DNA of 64,000 nt from a virus. Numbering within the stretch: the stretch's first letter is position 1; every line of letters begins with the position of its first letter. Of the stretch, positions 8,602 to 17,583 are shown piece by piece. Below the pieces are notes generated by a model. It had not been told where the DNA came from and made no database searches. It saw nothing but the letters and a program-made list of their open reading frames with translations. The position numbers were made by a program, and so were the translations under genes. The DNA is taken from IMG/VR virus record IMGVR_UViG_3300048999_000191; one strand, written 5' to 3'.

Positions 8602-8631
8602 ACACTACCCGTTCGGGTAGGGTGACGTCAA
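8602..8631 (-). promoter_or_regulatory. SigA-like promoter with operator
   Basis: -35 TTGACG, 18 bp, -10 TAGTGT; CTACCC-GTTC-GGGTAG at 8605-8620. Confidence 0.75.
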
Positions 8632-9059
8632 CCCTCGTCCTCGGCCTCGATGATGATGATCGCGTTCGGCAGAGGCAGGAGGGCGCGGTCGATCTCCTTG
8701 ATCAGGAAGCCGTCCGGCTCGATGCCCTGCTCGCGGCACACGCGGTTCTGAACGACGTCCACCCAGACCCAGAAGGCGGCCCAGTCGACGCGCTGGCGGC
8801 CGAAGGCGGCCCGGGGAAGCTGGAGCCCCGCCAGCCACGGGTGCTGCCGGTGCAGCTCCTCGCGGAGGCACTCGACCACCGGCGGCGGGTAGAAAGTTAG
8901 CGCGGGCAGCCCGATGCCCGAGATCCGCCACATCAGCGGCAGCAGGCCCTGGTTCTCGGGGATGTCCAGCCGGGCGCGCACGTGCAGGCTGAGCAGGTCG
9001 ACGAAGTGGAACCTCTCCGGGATGTCGAAGAGGCTCACTCCGCCGCCGGGCTCGCTCAT
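8628..9059 (-). CDS. Hypothetical protein
   Basis: ATGA-coupled ORF, 143 aa. Confidence 0.6.
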   Translation of the reverse strand: MSEPGGGVSLFDIPERFHFVDLLSLHVRARLDIPENQGLLPLMWRISGIGLPALTFYPPPVVECLREELHRQHPWLAGLQLPRAAFGRQRVDWAAFWVWVDVVQNRVCREQGIEPDGFLIKEIDRALLPLPNAIIIIEAEDEG

Positions 9060-9424
9060 GACGCTGGCGGAGTCGCGAAATCTTCGAGGTCGATGCCCGG
9101 CGGCGGGGCGAAGCCGTTGCCGATCTCGGCGACCTTCTGCCGGAAGTTGCCCAGCAGGTCCTTGACGGTCTCACGCGCGTAGGCCTCGTCCACACCCGCC
9201 GAGATGAAGACCGTGTTGGCCAGCCGCTGGAGGCCGTTGCCGGTCGGGATCTCGGCGTAGAGCACCAGCGAGCTGACCATCCGCTCCTTCTCCGTCGGGT
9301 GCGGGAGAGTGCACAAGCCCAGCTCCCAGCGGACGTCGAGTCCCGGGCCGTGCTCGGCGAAGGCCTCCTCGAACCACGGCTCGACGGTCGCGAACAGCCG
9401 CTGGGGGCCAGACGTGGCGGTCAT
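9056..9424 (-). CDS. Hypothetical protein
   Basis: GAGGAGGG RBS; MTATSG start. Confidence 0.6.
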   Translation of the reverse strand: MTATSGPQRLFATVEPWFEEAFAEHGPGLDVRWELGLCTLPHPTEKERMVSSLVLYAEIPTGNGLQRLANTVFISAGVDEAYARETVKDLLGNFRQKVAEIGNGFAPPPGIDLEDFATPPAS

Positions 9425-9774
9425 TCGCCCTCCTCGGGGATCAGGTCGAGCAGCTTGAACATGTCGTCGAAGGACAGCCGGACGTACCCGCGCCCGTCCT
9501 TCGTCGGCGCCACCTTCTCCGGCGTGACGCCGAACTCCTCCAGCTCCTGCGTGAGCTGGAGGGTCTCCAGGAACATCTCGCGGTTGCGCTCGGTGTTCGG
9601 GATGTGGTTCTGCTCGAAGTCGTAGAGCATTTTCTGGTAGACGTCCGGAGGCATGTCCTCCGGGAGCTTCAGGTCCAGGAAGTCGGTCTCGGAGATCAGC
9701 CGGGCCACCTTGCGTTCGAACTGCCAGTCCCGGGCTGCGGGATCGTAGCGAGCGCTCACCTTCGAATACGGCAT
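9421..9774 (-). CDS. Hypothetical protein
   Basis: Preceded by CCGCACTGGAGG. Confidence 0.6.
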   Translation of the reverse strand: MPYSKVSARYDPAARDWQFERKVARLISETDFLDLKLPEDMPPDVYQKMLYDFEQNHIPNTERNREMFLETLQLTQELEEFGVTPEKVAPTKDGRGYVRLSFDDMFKLLDLIPEEGE

Positions 9775-9850
9775 TTCCCTCGCTCCTCCAGTGCGGATCG
9801 GTTGGCCTCATGGTCTCATACCGTTGGCCGCCCGCCAGCATCTGTGATGA

Positions 9851-11548
9851 TCACCGGGCTGGAGCCGGGCTGTTACTCCAGTCTGCCGGAGCGGCGAGGG
9901 AACCGGGGTCTTCCGTGGCCCGGCGGTGACAGTCGAAGAGCTTTTGCATCAAGCCTTTCTGGTCTAGTGCTTTATCGATCACATTGCGTGGATCCCACCA
10001 GCCCTCGCCGTTCGGGCCGAAGGCGTCGGAGCGGTTGACGTGCACGAACTCCCAGAGGGCCGCACCGTTCTGGGTCCGGTAGGGCTCCGGCATGGCCAGG
10101 ATGCCCTCGGCTGCTTCGACCATGCCCCGGACCTCCTCGGCCAGCCCCGGACCCTCGGGGAAACTGGCCATGGACCAGCCCGGCAGGTCCGGCGGCTTCA
10201 CGATCCACTCGTCGCCTGCCACGTCGTAGGCCGCGTAGGGCCGGATCTCGGCGATGTCCCAACCCTGGAGGTTGCAGAACCAGGTCTCGTCAAACGTGCC
10301 CGGCACGCCGGGGAAGACGTGCTGCGGATCGTTCAGCTCGGCGTGCAGCTGCTGGGTGAACTCGGCCGCGATGATCTCGTCGGCGATCCCGTCGAAACCG
10401 GGCACGGCAGCCCGCAGCGTCGAGTAGTGGAGCCCGATCGAGAGATCGAAGTCGCCATTGCCGACGCGGGCGCGGCTGGTCCAATTGCTCGCCTCTGATC
10501 CAAAGAAAACGATCTTCGCCCAGCTGGCCCAGCCCTTGTAGCCATGTCGGCGGCAGAAGTCATCGAACTGCGTGATGACGTCCATCCGGATCGAATCGCG
10601 CAGGCAGTCGTCCTCGTCGAAAAGCCGGGTGTCCAGGCCATAGGTCGGACCGAACAGACGGTCTCGGGGAGCGGTGTAGCGCGCCGTGATGGTGGTGCCG
10701 TCGGGTCGCTTCGGCAGACGACCGAGGTCCACCAGGTCCGAGACCGAGTAGTGTGCGAGGTCACCTTCATGGCTGATCGAGCCGTCAGCGTGTTGCCAAC
10801 CGTCCTGGGGGTCGTACGCCATCGGCAGCCCGCAGGGGCAGCGAGGCTGCTCCTGGGCGGCGTACCGGGGTATCCTGGCCAGCTCGTGCTCGGGTACCTC
10901 ACGCAGTACCCGGAACCCGTGCGGGCTCATCATGTCGGCGTCGTAACGAGGCTCGTTGACGTCCTCTTCCAGGGCGTGCTCTGGGCCGTTGTGCCTGACC
11001 TCGTAGACGCGCGGACGGCCGCCGGTGTCGACAGAGGACATCTCGGCATAGCTGCGCGCCATCTGCGGGTCGTGCGTCGCGTAGGCCCGGTCGGTCCGGG
11101 TCAGGCCGGTGGACACTTCTCCCTGGCCGTGCCGATCGGCGGGCACCACGCTGGTGAGATCGCGCGAGGTTCCGTGGTAGAGCGGCCGAGCCGCCGCCCT
11201 AAAATCCAGGCGGCTCCCGAGAGTCCGGCCGCGCGAGACGGACTTGCCTCGGGTGTAGCTGTTCCACCAGGCCTGCCCCTCATCCGTCCGGTCGCCGTGG
11301 TCAATCGGCGTGCGGGGGTGGCGTTCCTGGAGGTGATCCATCATCTGGCCGCCGTAGCCGTTGCCCTGGTGCTGGGGCTCGACCTCCAGCCGATCGATCT
11401 GGATCTTGTCCTTGGAGCGGCGCGGCGTTCGGTACTTCAGGAAGCCCACTCGCTCGCCGGTCTCCGGGTGGACGCCGTGGATGGTGTGGCTGCTCGGCCA
11501 CGTCGAGCCGCCGTTTTCCCGCTCTTCGTGGTGGAAGTCCAGATCCAC
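9851..11548 (-). CDS. Multidomain enzyme: GNAT acetyltransferase + Arr-like ADP-ribosyltransferase + Pol-beta-type nucleotidyltransferase
   Basis: GNAT motif A (LEVEPQHQGNGYG); ART motifs (LYHGT, AYAT, PRVYEV, FRVLREV); NTase motifs (FFGS...GDFD, PYAAYD); GAGGAGG RBS. Confidence 0.75.
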   Translation of the reverse strand: MDLDFHHEERENGGSTWPSSHTIHGVHPETGERVGFLKYRTPRRSKDKIQIDRLEVEPQHQGNGYGGQMMDHLQERHPRTPIDHGDRTDEGQAWWNSYTRGKSVSRGRTLGSRLDFRAAARPLYHGTSRDLTSVVPADRHGQGEVSTGLTRTDRAYATHDPQMARSYAEMSSVDTGGRPRVYEVRHNGPEHALEEDVNEPRYDADMMSPHGFRVLREVPEHELARIPRYAAQEQPRCPCGLPMAYDPQDGWQHADGSISHEGDLAHYSVSDLVDLGRLPKRPDGTTITARYTAPRDRLFGPTYGLDTRLFDEDDCLRDSIRMDVITQFDDFCRRHGYKGWASWAKIVFFGSEASNWTSRARVGNGDFDLSIGLHYSTLRAAVPGFDGIADEIIAAEFTQQLHAELNDPQHVFPGVPGTFDETWFCNLQGWDIAEIRPYAAYDVAGDEWIVKPPDLPGWSMASFPEGPGLAEEVRGMVEAAEGILAMPEPYRTQNGAALWEFVHVNRSDAFGPNGEGWWDPRNVIDKALDQKGLMQKLFDCHRRATEDPGSLAAPADWSNSPAPAR

Positions 11549-11582
11549 AGAATCCTCCTCGGGTTCGCTCGTTGGGGAGCGA

Positions 11583-12191
11583 TCAGTCGCGGCTGAACAG
11601 CCAGATCAGCAGGACGGTGGCGCCCAGGGTGACCACGTTGGCGATCAAGCGCTGGCGGCGCTTGCGCTTCTCCTCGTCGGAGACGAACACGTCGAAGCGG
11701 ATGTCGGTCAGCTTCTCGTAGCGCGGCAGCACCATACGGTTCAGCGCGTGCCGGTAGGCCACCACGATGAAGGGCAGCGCGACCCAGATCCAGGGGATCA
11801 CGTCCGGCGCCAGCCCGAGCAGCATCAGCGAGAGGAAGGCGAACATGCCGGTGGCGTAGTGCACCCGCTTGACCGACGCTCGGCGGGCCTCACCGCGCCA
11901 GTTCGCGTGCATGACGCGCTCGTTCTCCCGGCGGACCAGGTCGATGTCGGGCATGCCATAGAGCCGGTCGTCGCGGGTGTCGCGGTACCAGTAGACGCCG
12001 TCGCTGACGTCGATCTGCACCAGGTACTTGCGGGCGTCGGACTCGCGCTGCGGGTAGCTCAGGGCCCAGACGTCCCAGGCCGGGCCGATCTGGTCGTCGT
12101 AGGTGACGTCGAACTCGACGTCCTCGGCCGGGGGCTGCTCGCGGTAGTCACGGCGGACCTCTTCCCAGCTCAGGGGCTCGAAGTCGGTCAT
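11583..12191 (-). CDS. Hypothetical membrane protein
   Basis: Three hydrophobic helices; GGAGG RBS. Confidence 0.7.
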   Translation of the reverse strand: MTDFEPLSWEEVRRDYREQPPAEDVEFDVTYDDQIGPAWDVWALSYPQRESDARKYLVQIDVSDGVYWYRDTRDDRLYGMPDIDLVRRENERVMHANWRGEARRASVKRVHYATGMFAFLSLMLLGLAPDVIPWIWVALPFIVVAYRHALNRMVLPRYEKLTDIRFDVFVSDEEKRKRRQRLIANVVTLGATVLLIWLFSRD

Positions 12192-12224
12192 GGCAGCCTC
12201 CAGGTGGTGGACGGAACACCACTC

Positions 12225-12253
12225 ATACTACCCAAATGGGTAGGGTAAGTCAA
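12225..12253 (-). promoter_or_regulatory. SigA-like promoter with operator
   Basis: -35 TTGACT, 17 bp, -10 TAGTAT; CTACCC-AAAT-GGGTAG at 12228-12243. Confidence 0.8.
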
Positions 12254-12564
12254 CGAGGCATCCGGACACCGGCGCGCTGGTGCGTCCGCTCGAAGGCCGA
12301 CCGGCTCATCCCGAGCTTGGTGATGATCTCCATCCGCTTCAGGCCCTGCTCGGCAAGGAAGGCGGCATCTTCGATGACCTCGGCGGCGCGGCGGTAGACC
12401 CTCGGGTACTGGTCCAGCTGGCCGAAGTGCCGGGCGTGGGCGAAGCAGCGGCGGCAGAGGTGCCGGGACTTGTGCACGACGAAGCCCGGGGGCGGTCGAG
12501 TTTCGACCGTCCCCGGGACCATCGGCCAGTCGCACCTCTTGCAAGGCGGCAGGCTGGATTTCAC
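12250..12564 (-). CDS. Zinc-finger + HTH protein
   Basis: CKRC...CRRC; C-terminal GLKRMEIITKLGMSRSAFER. Confidence 0.6.
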   Translation of the reverse strand: MKSSLPPCKRCDWPMVPGTVETRPPPGFVVHKSRHLCRRCFAHARHFGQLDQYPRVYRRAAEVIEDAAFLAEQGLKRMEIITKLGMSRSAFERTHQRAGVRMPR

Positions 12565-12767
12565 TCGCTCGGCGCCTCGGCCTGGACCGCGTAGCGCTCG
12601 TCGAGTGCTTCCGCCACGAGGTCGAGCAGCTCCGCACGCTGAGCCGCACGGACGGAGCGACGGCTCTTGGCCTTCACCCCGGCCGGGGCCGAGGCCAGGC
12701 AGTCGATCTTGTAGTGGCAGCTGTGGCGAGCAACGCGGTCCCGGCGCGGGGTAACGGTGACGTCCAT
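12561..12767 (-). CDS. Hypothetical protein
   Basis: ATG 7 nt after CCGCACTGGAGG. Confidence 0.55.
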   Translation of the reverse strand: MDVTVTPRRDRVARHSCHYKIDCLASAPAGVKAKSRRSVRAAQRAELLDLVAEALDERYAVQAEAPSE

Positions 12768-12806
12768 GACTTTGCCTCCAGTGCGGCGGTGTTCCTTGAC
12801 CTCTCT

Positions 12807-12836
12807 CACACTACCCAACCGGGTAGTGTGTGTCAA
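12807..12836 (-). promoter_or_regulatory. Consensus SigA promoter with extended palindromic operator
   Basis: -35 TTGACA, 17 bp, -10 TAGTGT; CACACTACCC-AACC-GGGTAGTGTG. Confidence 0.8.
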
Positions 12837-12900
12837 GGCTGATCTTCATCCGCTGATAGGTAGTTGAACTTACCTAGCAACACTGTTCTAAACTTCTCGC

Positions 12901-13437
12901 ATGCCACGACGGATCTTCACCGCAGAAGAGCGCTATCTTGCGAAGGTAGACAAGTCAGCTGGACCAGATAAGTGCTGGCCATGGACCGGTCACCGGCTCA
13001 AGAAGGGGTACGGGCTGTTCTGGGATGGAACGCGCAATGCCAGCGGGAACAACCACCTTGTAGTCGCAAGTAGGTGGGGTTACGAACATTTCGTCGCCCC
13101 GATCCCGGCAGGGCTCTTCGTACTGCATCGATGCGACAGCCCTCCTTGCCAGAACCCAAAGTGCTGGTTCCTTGGCACTAACCAGGACAACGTCAACGAT
13201 CGAGTGATCAAAGGGCGCGGTGCCAAGGGCGAGCGCAGTGCCTTCAAGCTTCACCCCGAGCTATATCGAGGCGAGAACCACTACAAGGCGACTCTGACCG
13301 AAGACGATGTCCGCGAGATCCGTAGGCGCTACGCGGCTGGCGGGATCACCCAGCAGGCGCTAGGTGATGAATTCGGGCTCCACAACGTCACCATTTCCAA
13401 GATCATCACCAAGCAGCGCTGGGCTCACGTCGACTAA
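12901..13437 (+). CDS. Free-standing HNH homing endonuclease with C-terminal HTH
   Basis: CWPWTG...VLHRCDSPPCQNP...GTNQDN; KATLTEDDVREIR; opposite strand and visibly less GC-rich. Confidence 0.9.
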   Translation: MPRRIFTAEERYLAKVDKSAGPDKCWPWTGHRLKKGYGLFWDGTRNASGNNHLVVASRWGYEHFVAPIPAGLFVLHRCDSPPCQNPKCWFLGTNQDNVNDRVIKGRGAKGERSAFKLHPELYRGENHYKATLTEDDVREIRRRYAAGGITQQALGDEFGLHNVTISKIITKQRWAHVD

Positions 13438-15407
13438 CGTCGCCGCCGGTGAGGGTTCCGTGCAGGGTTGAGCCCTCCTGCGCGGACCATCGTCCTCTTG
13501 CTCGGGGACAGTCGATTGAGCACATCCTGATCGGGTGACTCCATGTTGCGGTACGGGTTGAAGCCGCCCTGCTGGCCGGTCACGATGTTCATCTCGCGCA
13601 GCATGCCCGCCTGCCAGTTCCGGACCTGCTCGCCGAGGATGGTCCAGACCACTTCCATCATGCACTTGGCCACGTCGTCATGGACCACGGGACCGGTGTC
13701 CTGGTGCACGACGCGGTTGGTGGTCGCGGTGGTCTTCAGCTGGAGGAACTTCAGCTCCAGTTCGGCGGTCTCGTACCAGGGCGCCTCGACCCAGCCCTGG
13801 TTGATCGCGACCTTGAAGCACTCGGCCACCTGCCAGTTGTGCTTGGCGTCGGACTTCTGCTCGAAGATCGTCATGCGCTTCGGCGCGCGATTCTGCCGGA
13901 CCTTGCGGTTGAGCCGCTGGATCGGCATGGCCGAGTTGTGCTGGTCGAAGGTGAACTCGTCGATCTTGAAGCCCCAGATGATCTCCCACAGCTCGACGTC
14001 CACAACCTGGATGTAGTCGATCGTGTGGTCGGGGAACTCGGCCGGATCCCAATGATGGAGCAGGTCGAAGCGGCAGCGGAGAAAGCCGTCCTCGTGCTCT
14101 TCGGCGTGGCCGACGGCGAGACCGAAGTTGTCGTTGACCTTCGAGGGGTCCGCGTGTCCCTTGTAGAACGTCGTGAGGTTCTTGGCCGTGCGGGTCATTA
14201 CGAGGTCGTTCTGGAAGATCGCCTCGACCTTCTTCGGGTCCAGGTAGGCATCCACCACCGACTGCCAATGCGAGCGGCGCTCGACGGAGAAGGTGTCGGG
14301 GTTGGCCCGCTCCAGCTTCTCCATCCGCTCGTCGTACTCCTGGATGGCGCCCTTGAGCCGCTGGAACTTCGGGTGCGGCCGCTCCAGGTACTCGTTCAGA
14401 TCGCCGGTGAAGTCCTCCGGGAAGACGGGCAGCATGTGCGCGTCTTTCCAGTCGTAGTAGATCTCCCAGCTGGCCAGCTGGAGCATCATCATCTCGGGGT
14501 ACTCGGGGTTGCCGTCCTCGTCGAAAGCCAGCGCCATCTCCCAGTTCGCGTAGAACTGGCCGATCATCTGCCAGGGACTCGACGGGTCGATGATGAAGCC
14601 GTCCATCTTGAATTGATCAAGAGATGGAGTCGCTGAGCCATACACCTCTTCGGCGGAACGACCGGCACCCGAGGGCACCACGTGCGCCATCTCGTCGAAG
14701 CCGAGCCCGAAGGAGGCCGGGCCACGCGCGGACATCAGCGTGGCCTCCTTCGGCTGGATCGTGAAGGTGGCCATGTCCCGCGCGGTGGTGACCCCGCGCT
14801 GATTCTGCCGCCGCAACCGGACGAAGTCGTGCGGTGCGTAGATGGTCAGGTTCTCCCCGAGCGACCGGGAGATGTACTTGGCGAAGCACGGGGCGCCCTG
14901 GATGACGTTGACGACGTCCTTCCAGAGGTTCTCCCGGGCCTGCTGCTTCTTCCCGGCGTAGATGAACATCGCCAGCTGCTTGTCGCGGTCGATCCCGTAG
15001 TACTCCTGGGGATCACCCTTGGCCATGAAGCGCCAGAGCACGTAGGCCATGGCCAGCGCCGAGACGTAACCCTTCCCGGCGCGGCGGCCGAGGACCAGCA
15101 GGACCTCGCGGAAGTAGAAGTAGCCCTTGAGCCGGAGCGCGGCCATGCGCTGGCGGATCTTCGGCACGATGCCGTTGTTCCCGTGCCGCTCGAAGGAGGC
15201 CTCCCACTCGTCGATGACCATGTGGTCGTACTCGGTGAGGAGGTCGTTGCGCAAGAAGATGACCTTGAGCAGGGTTGCCTGACGCGGGTAGAGCTGCCCC
15301 CGGCCACACCAGCGCGGGTTGATCGCAAAGGTGATGGGGTCAGGAACCGGCAGCCCCGTGAACGCTGCGAAGTCCACGGGGCTGAAGGCCGGAGGCGAGA
15401 GGGTCAT
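13434..15407 (-). CDS. terL: Terminase large subunit
   Basis: LYPRQ motif, Walker A VLGRRAGKG, Walker B GFDEMAH, nuclease HADPS and HDD. Confidence 0.85.
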   Translation of the reverse strand: MTLSPPAFSPVDFAAFTGLPVPDPITFAINPRWCGRGQLYPRQATLLKVIFLRNDLLTEYDHMVIDEWEASFERHGNNGIVPKIRQRMAALRLKGYFYFREVLLVLGRRAGKGYVSALAMAYVLWRFMAKGDPQEYYGIDRDKQLAMFIYAGKKQQARENLWKDVVNVIQGAPCFAKYISRSLGENLTIYAPHDFVRLRRQNQRGVTTARDMATFTIQPKEATLMSARGPASFGLGFDEMAHVVPSGAGRSAEEVYGSATPSLDQFKMDGFIIDPSSPWQMIGQFYANWEMALAFDEDGNPEYPEMMMLQLASWEIYYDWKDAHMLPVFPEDFTGDLNEYLERPHPKFQRLKGAIQEYDERMEKLERANPDTFSVERRSHWQSVVDAYLDPKKVEAIFQNDLVMTRTAKNLTTFYKGHADPSKVNDNFGLAVGHAEEHEDGFLRCRFDLLHHWDPAEFPDHTIDYIQVVDVELWEIIWGFKIDEFTFDQHNSAMPIQRLNRKVRQNRAPKRMTIFEQKSDAKHNWQVAECFKVAINQGWVEAPWYETAELELKFLQLKTTATTNRVVHQDTGPVVHDDVAKCMMEVVWTILGEQVRNWQAGMLREMNIVTGQQGGFNPYRNMESPDQDVLNRLSPSKRTMVRAGGLNPARNPHRRRR

Positions 15408-15991
15408 CCCTGGACGGTCTCGGAACCCCGGAAGCGCCGCGCGTCGTCCGGGAACCGCTCGCTGTAGGCACTGGTCGACATCCGCTCGCCCGAGGGCCAC
15501 AGCTCGACCATGTCGCCGTCGTCGGTGGCCCAGCTGACGAACGCGGGCTCGTTGCCGGTCAGCTTCGCCTTCTGGAGCGCGTAGACCCGGGCCTTGTCCG
15601 GCGAGTCCTCCTCGGCGGCGACCTCGGGCAGATCGCGGTTCGTGAAGCACACGAACGCGCCGTACACAGCCATGCTCTGCTCCTTTGTGGATTTGCGGAG
15701 GATCAGGTTGTACTCGACCCGGTCGCCCTCCGCCTTGCGTCCCCACCGGCTCGTAAGGACGTCGAACTGGTCACCGTTGACCTCCAGCGCCGAACCGACC
15801 TCGGGAAGGTCGAAGGGGAACACCCCGAAGCCGCTGATGCCGCGATAGTCGTCCTGGCTCGCGGCATGACGCCACGCGAGGAAGGCAGCACGCACGTCCA
15901 GGACGCTGGACTCCCGGGGCACAGGAAGACCGGCCACCACGCACCCGGCGAGCAGCGCGGCCAGCTCCTCGGTGGTCTTCCGCTCGCTCAC
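15404..15991 (-). CDS. Hypothetical protein
   Basis: GTG start with GGAGG RBS; coupled to terL. Confidence 0.55.
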   Translation of the reverse strand: MSERKTTEELAALLAGCVVAGLPVPRESSVLDVRAAFLAWRHAASQDDYRGISGFGVFPFDLPEVGSALEVNGDQFDVLTSRWGRKAEGDRVEYNLILRKSTKEQSMAVYGAFVCFTNRDLPEVAAEEDSPDKARVYALQKAKLTGNEPAFVSWATDDGDMVELWPSGERMSTSAYSERFPDDARRFRGSETVQG

Positions 15992-16263
15992 TTGACCTCC
16001 GACGGCTCCACGGCGAAGCCCTCGTCCTTCAGGCCCTTGCTGGCCAGGAACTCGTCCCAGCTCAGTTCGGTGTCGTCGATCAGCCGGACGTGGCGGGTGT
16101 CGCCGATGTCGTAGCCGATGCCGACCGGCTCGCGTCCGGCCTTGGCGAGATTCCGGCAGACACGGTTGGCGCGCTCTCGGGCAGCCTCCACGGTCTCGGC
16201 ACGCACCTCGGTGAAGACCAGGGTGCCCCTGTCGTCGTTGATCGCGGTCGCCTGCACGCTCAT
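15988..16263 (-). CDS. Hypothetical protein
   Basis: Coupled ORF. Confidence 0.6.
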   Translation of the reverse strand: MSVQATAINDDRGTLVFTEVRAETVEAARERANRVCRNLAKAGREPVGIGYDIGDTRHVRLIDDTELSWDEFLASKGLKDEGFAVEPSEVK

Positions 16264-16466
16264 GCGCGCTCACCTCGTTCCTTCAGATACCACCGAACAG
16301 CGAAGTGCCAGGCCACGCCCATGGCGATGAGAACTACTCCACCGCCGACGTGATGCAGACGTTCATCCAGGCCGGAGTCGATGAAGGCTGCTTGGACCAG
16401 GAACCAGATCCCGACTGAGATGAGGAACTGCTGGCCTCGCGGTAGCAGCTTGAGAAACGTTTCCAT
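16260..16466 (-). CDS. Small 2-TM membrane protein
   Basis: Two hydrophobic helices. Confidence 0.55.
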   Translation of the reverse strand: METFLKLLPRGQQFLISVGIWFLVQAAFIDSGLDERLHHVGGGVVLIAMGVAWHFAVRWYLKERGERA

Positions 16467-16885
16467 CAGTGGCTGTGTCCCTTCGTGTACTGCTGGACGA
16501 TCTCGTCGAGGTTGCGTTCGGCCTTGATCACGCTCGGGCCGTCGTTCTTCAGCCCGAGCAGGTTGGACTGGACCTCGTGCGCCATCCGGTCATGGTCGAA
16601 CTCGTGCGCATCGACGCGTCCTTGGATCTCCACGTCGAAGCTCCACAGGTCCGGGACGTGCTCGACCATCGGCTCACCGGTGAGCGGATGGTGGCCCTTG
16701 ACCTCGCCGGTGGCGTAGGTCTTGACGTCCACGATCAGGCCGATCTTGGCGAACTGCTCGATCACGTCGTCGACCAGGTCCTGCGGGTTGACCCGGGCGT
16801 CCTGGTACTTCTCCTGGAGCCGGAACAGCAGGTCCCGGCCAGCAGCCACCTCGCTGTCGTACGGGGTGCTGATGCTGTGCGTCAT
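16466..16885 (-). CDS. Hypothetical phage protein
   Basis: AAGGAG RBS; coupled. Confidence 0.65.
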   Translation of the reverse strand: MTHSISTPYDSEVAAGRDLLFRLQEKYQDARVNPQDLVDDVIEQFAKIGLIVDVKTYATGEVKGHHPLTGEPMVEHVPDLWSFDVEIQGRVDAHEFDHDRMAHEVQSNLLGLKNDGPSVIKAERNLDEIVQQYTKGHSH

Positions 16886-17583
16886 TCCGGCGCTCCTTCG
16901 GTGAACTCGGCGTCGATCGGTTCTTCCTCGGCGGCGGCGTCGATCCGCCGTTTGATCGCCCGCAGGACGGGATCAGTAGTTAGGCGCGCACCCAGCGCTT
17001 CCCACATGTCGTCGGGCATGAGGTCGCGGGTGATCTCGAAGTACCGGACGAAGGCCTCGGCCCAGATCGCCGAGTCCACGTCGCCACCGGCGTCACTCTC
17101 GAAGTCCTTGATCAGCTTCGCGGCGGCGAGGCCGTCCTGGATCGAGGGCTGGAGAAGGCCGGTTGCGAGGCGCTCCTGGCTCCGCTGGAGCACCTGCTGG
17201 GCGAACCCGAACCCATCGACGATCCGCTCCGTCTCCTCCTCGTAGTGCTCGCTGAGGGCTCGGGTGCGGTCGTCCAGGATCCGCCGGGCTACGGCGGCTT
17301 CCAGGGGCATGTGGTTGTTCTTGACGTGCTGGAAGATCGACATCCAGCTCAGGTCGGGGAAGGTGCGCGTTTCGCTGCCCACCTGGTACTCCGTGCCGGA
17401 GTACTGCTGGGCGATGTCGCGGTAGCTGTGCGCGCTCAGGATGCGCTTCTCGATGTCGATCCGGGCGGGGTGCATGCAGGTGTGGCAGCGCGGCTCGCGG
17501 ACCGCGTCGTAGATCTGGCCGCCGATCTCGACCTGGATCAGGGCTCCGCGCAGCTGCTCGACTTCGGTACCGGCTTCAGCCAT
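16882..17583 (-). CDS. Zn-binding HTH protein, candidate terminase small subunit
   Basis: CHTCMH...HVKNNH plus HTH and helical C-terminus; upstream of terL in the same operon. Confidence 0.45.
   Translation of the reverse strand: MAEAGTEVEQLRGALIQVEIGGQIYDAVREPRCHTCMHPARIDIEKRILSAHSYRDIAQQYSGTEYQVGSETRTFPDLSWMSIFQHVKNNHMPLEAAVARRILDDRTRALSEHYEEETERIVDGFGFAQQVLQRSQERLATGLLQPSIQDGLAAAKLIKDFESDAGGDVDSAIWAEAFVRYFEITRDLMPDDMWEALGARLTTDPVLRAIKRRIDAAAEEEPIDAEFTEGAPE

Noticed and set aside
10890-11190. Rifampicin-resistance gene arr
   Set aside because: Only the general ART motifs are shared, and the domain is embedded in a phage multidomain protein; the substrate cannot be inferred
13434-15407. 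Intein or intron in terminase
   Set aside because: No Hint motifs; ATPase and nuclease motifs are contiguous in one frame
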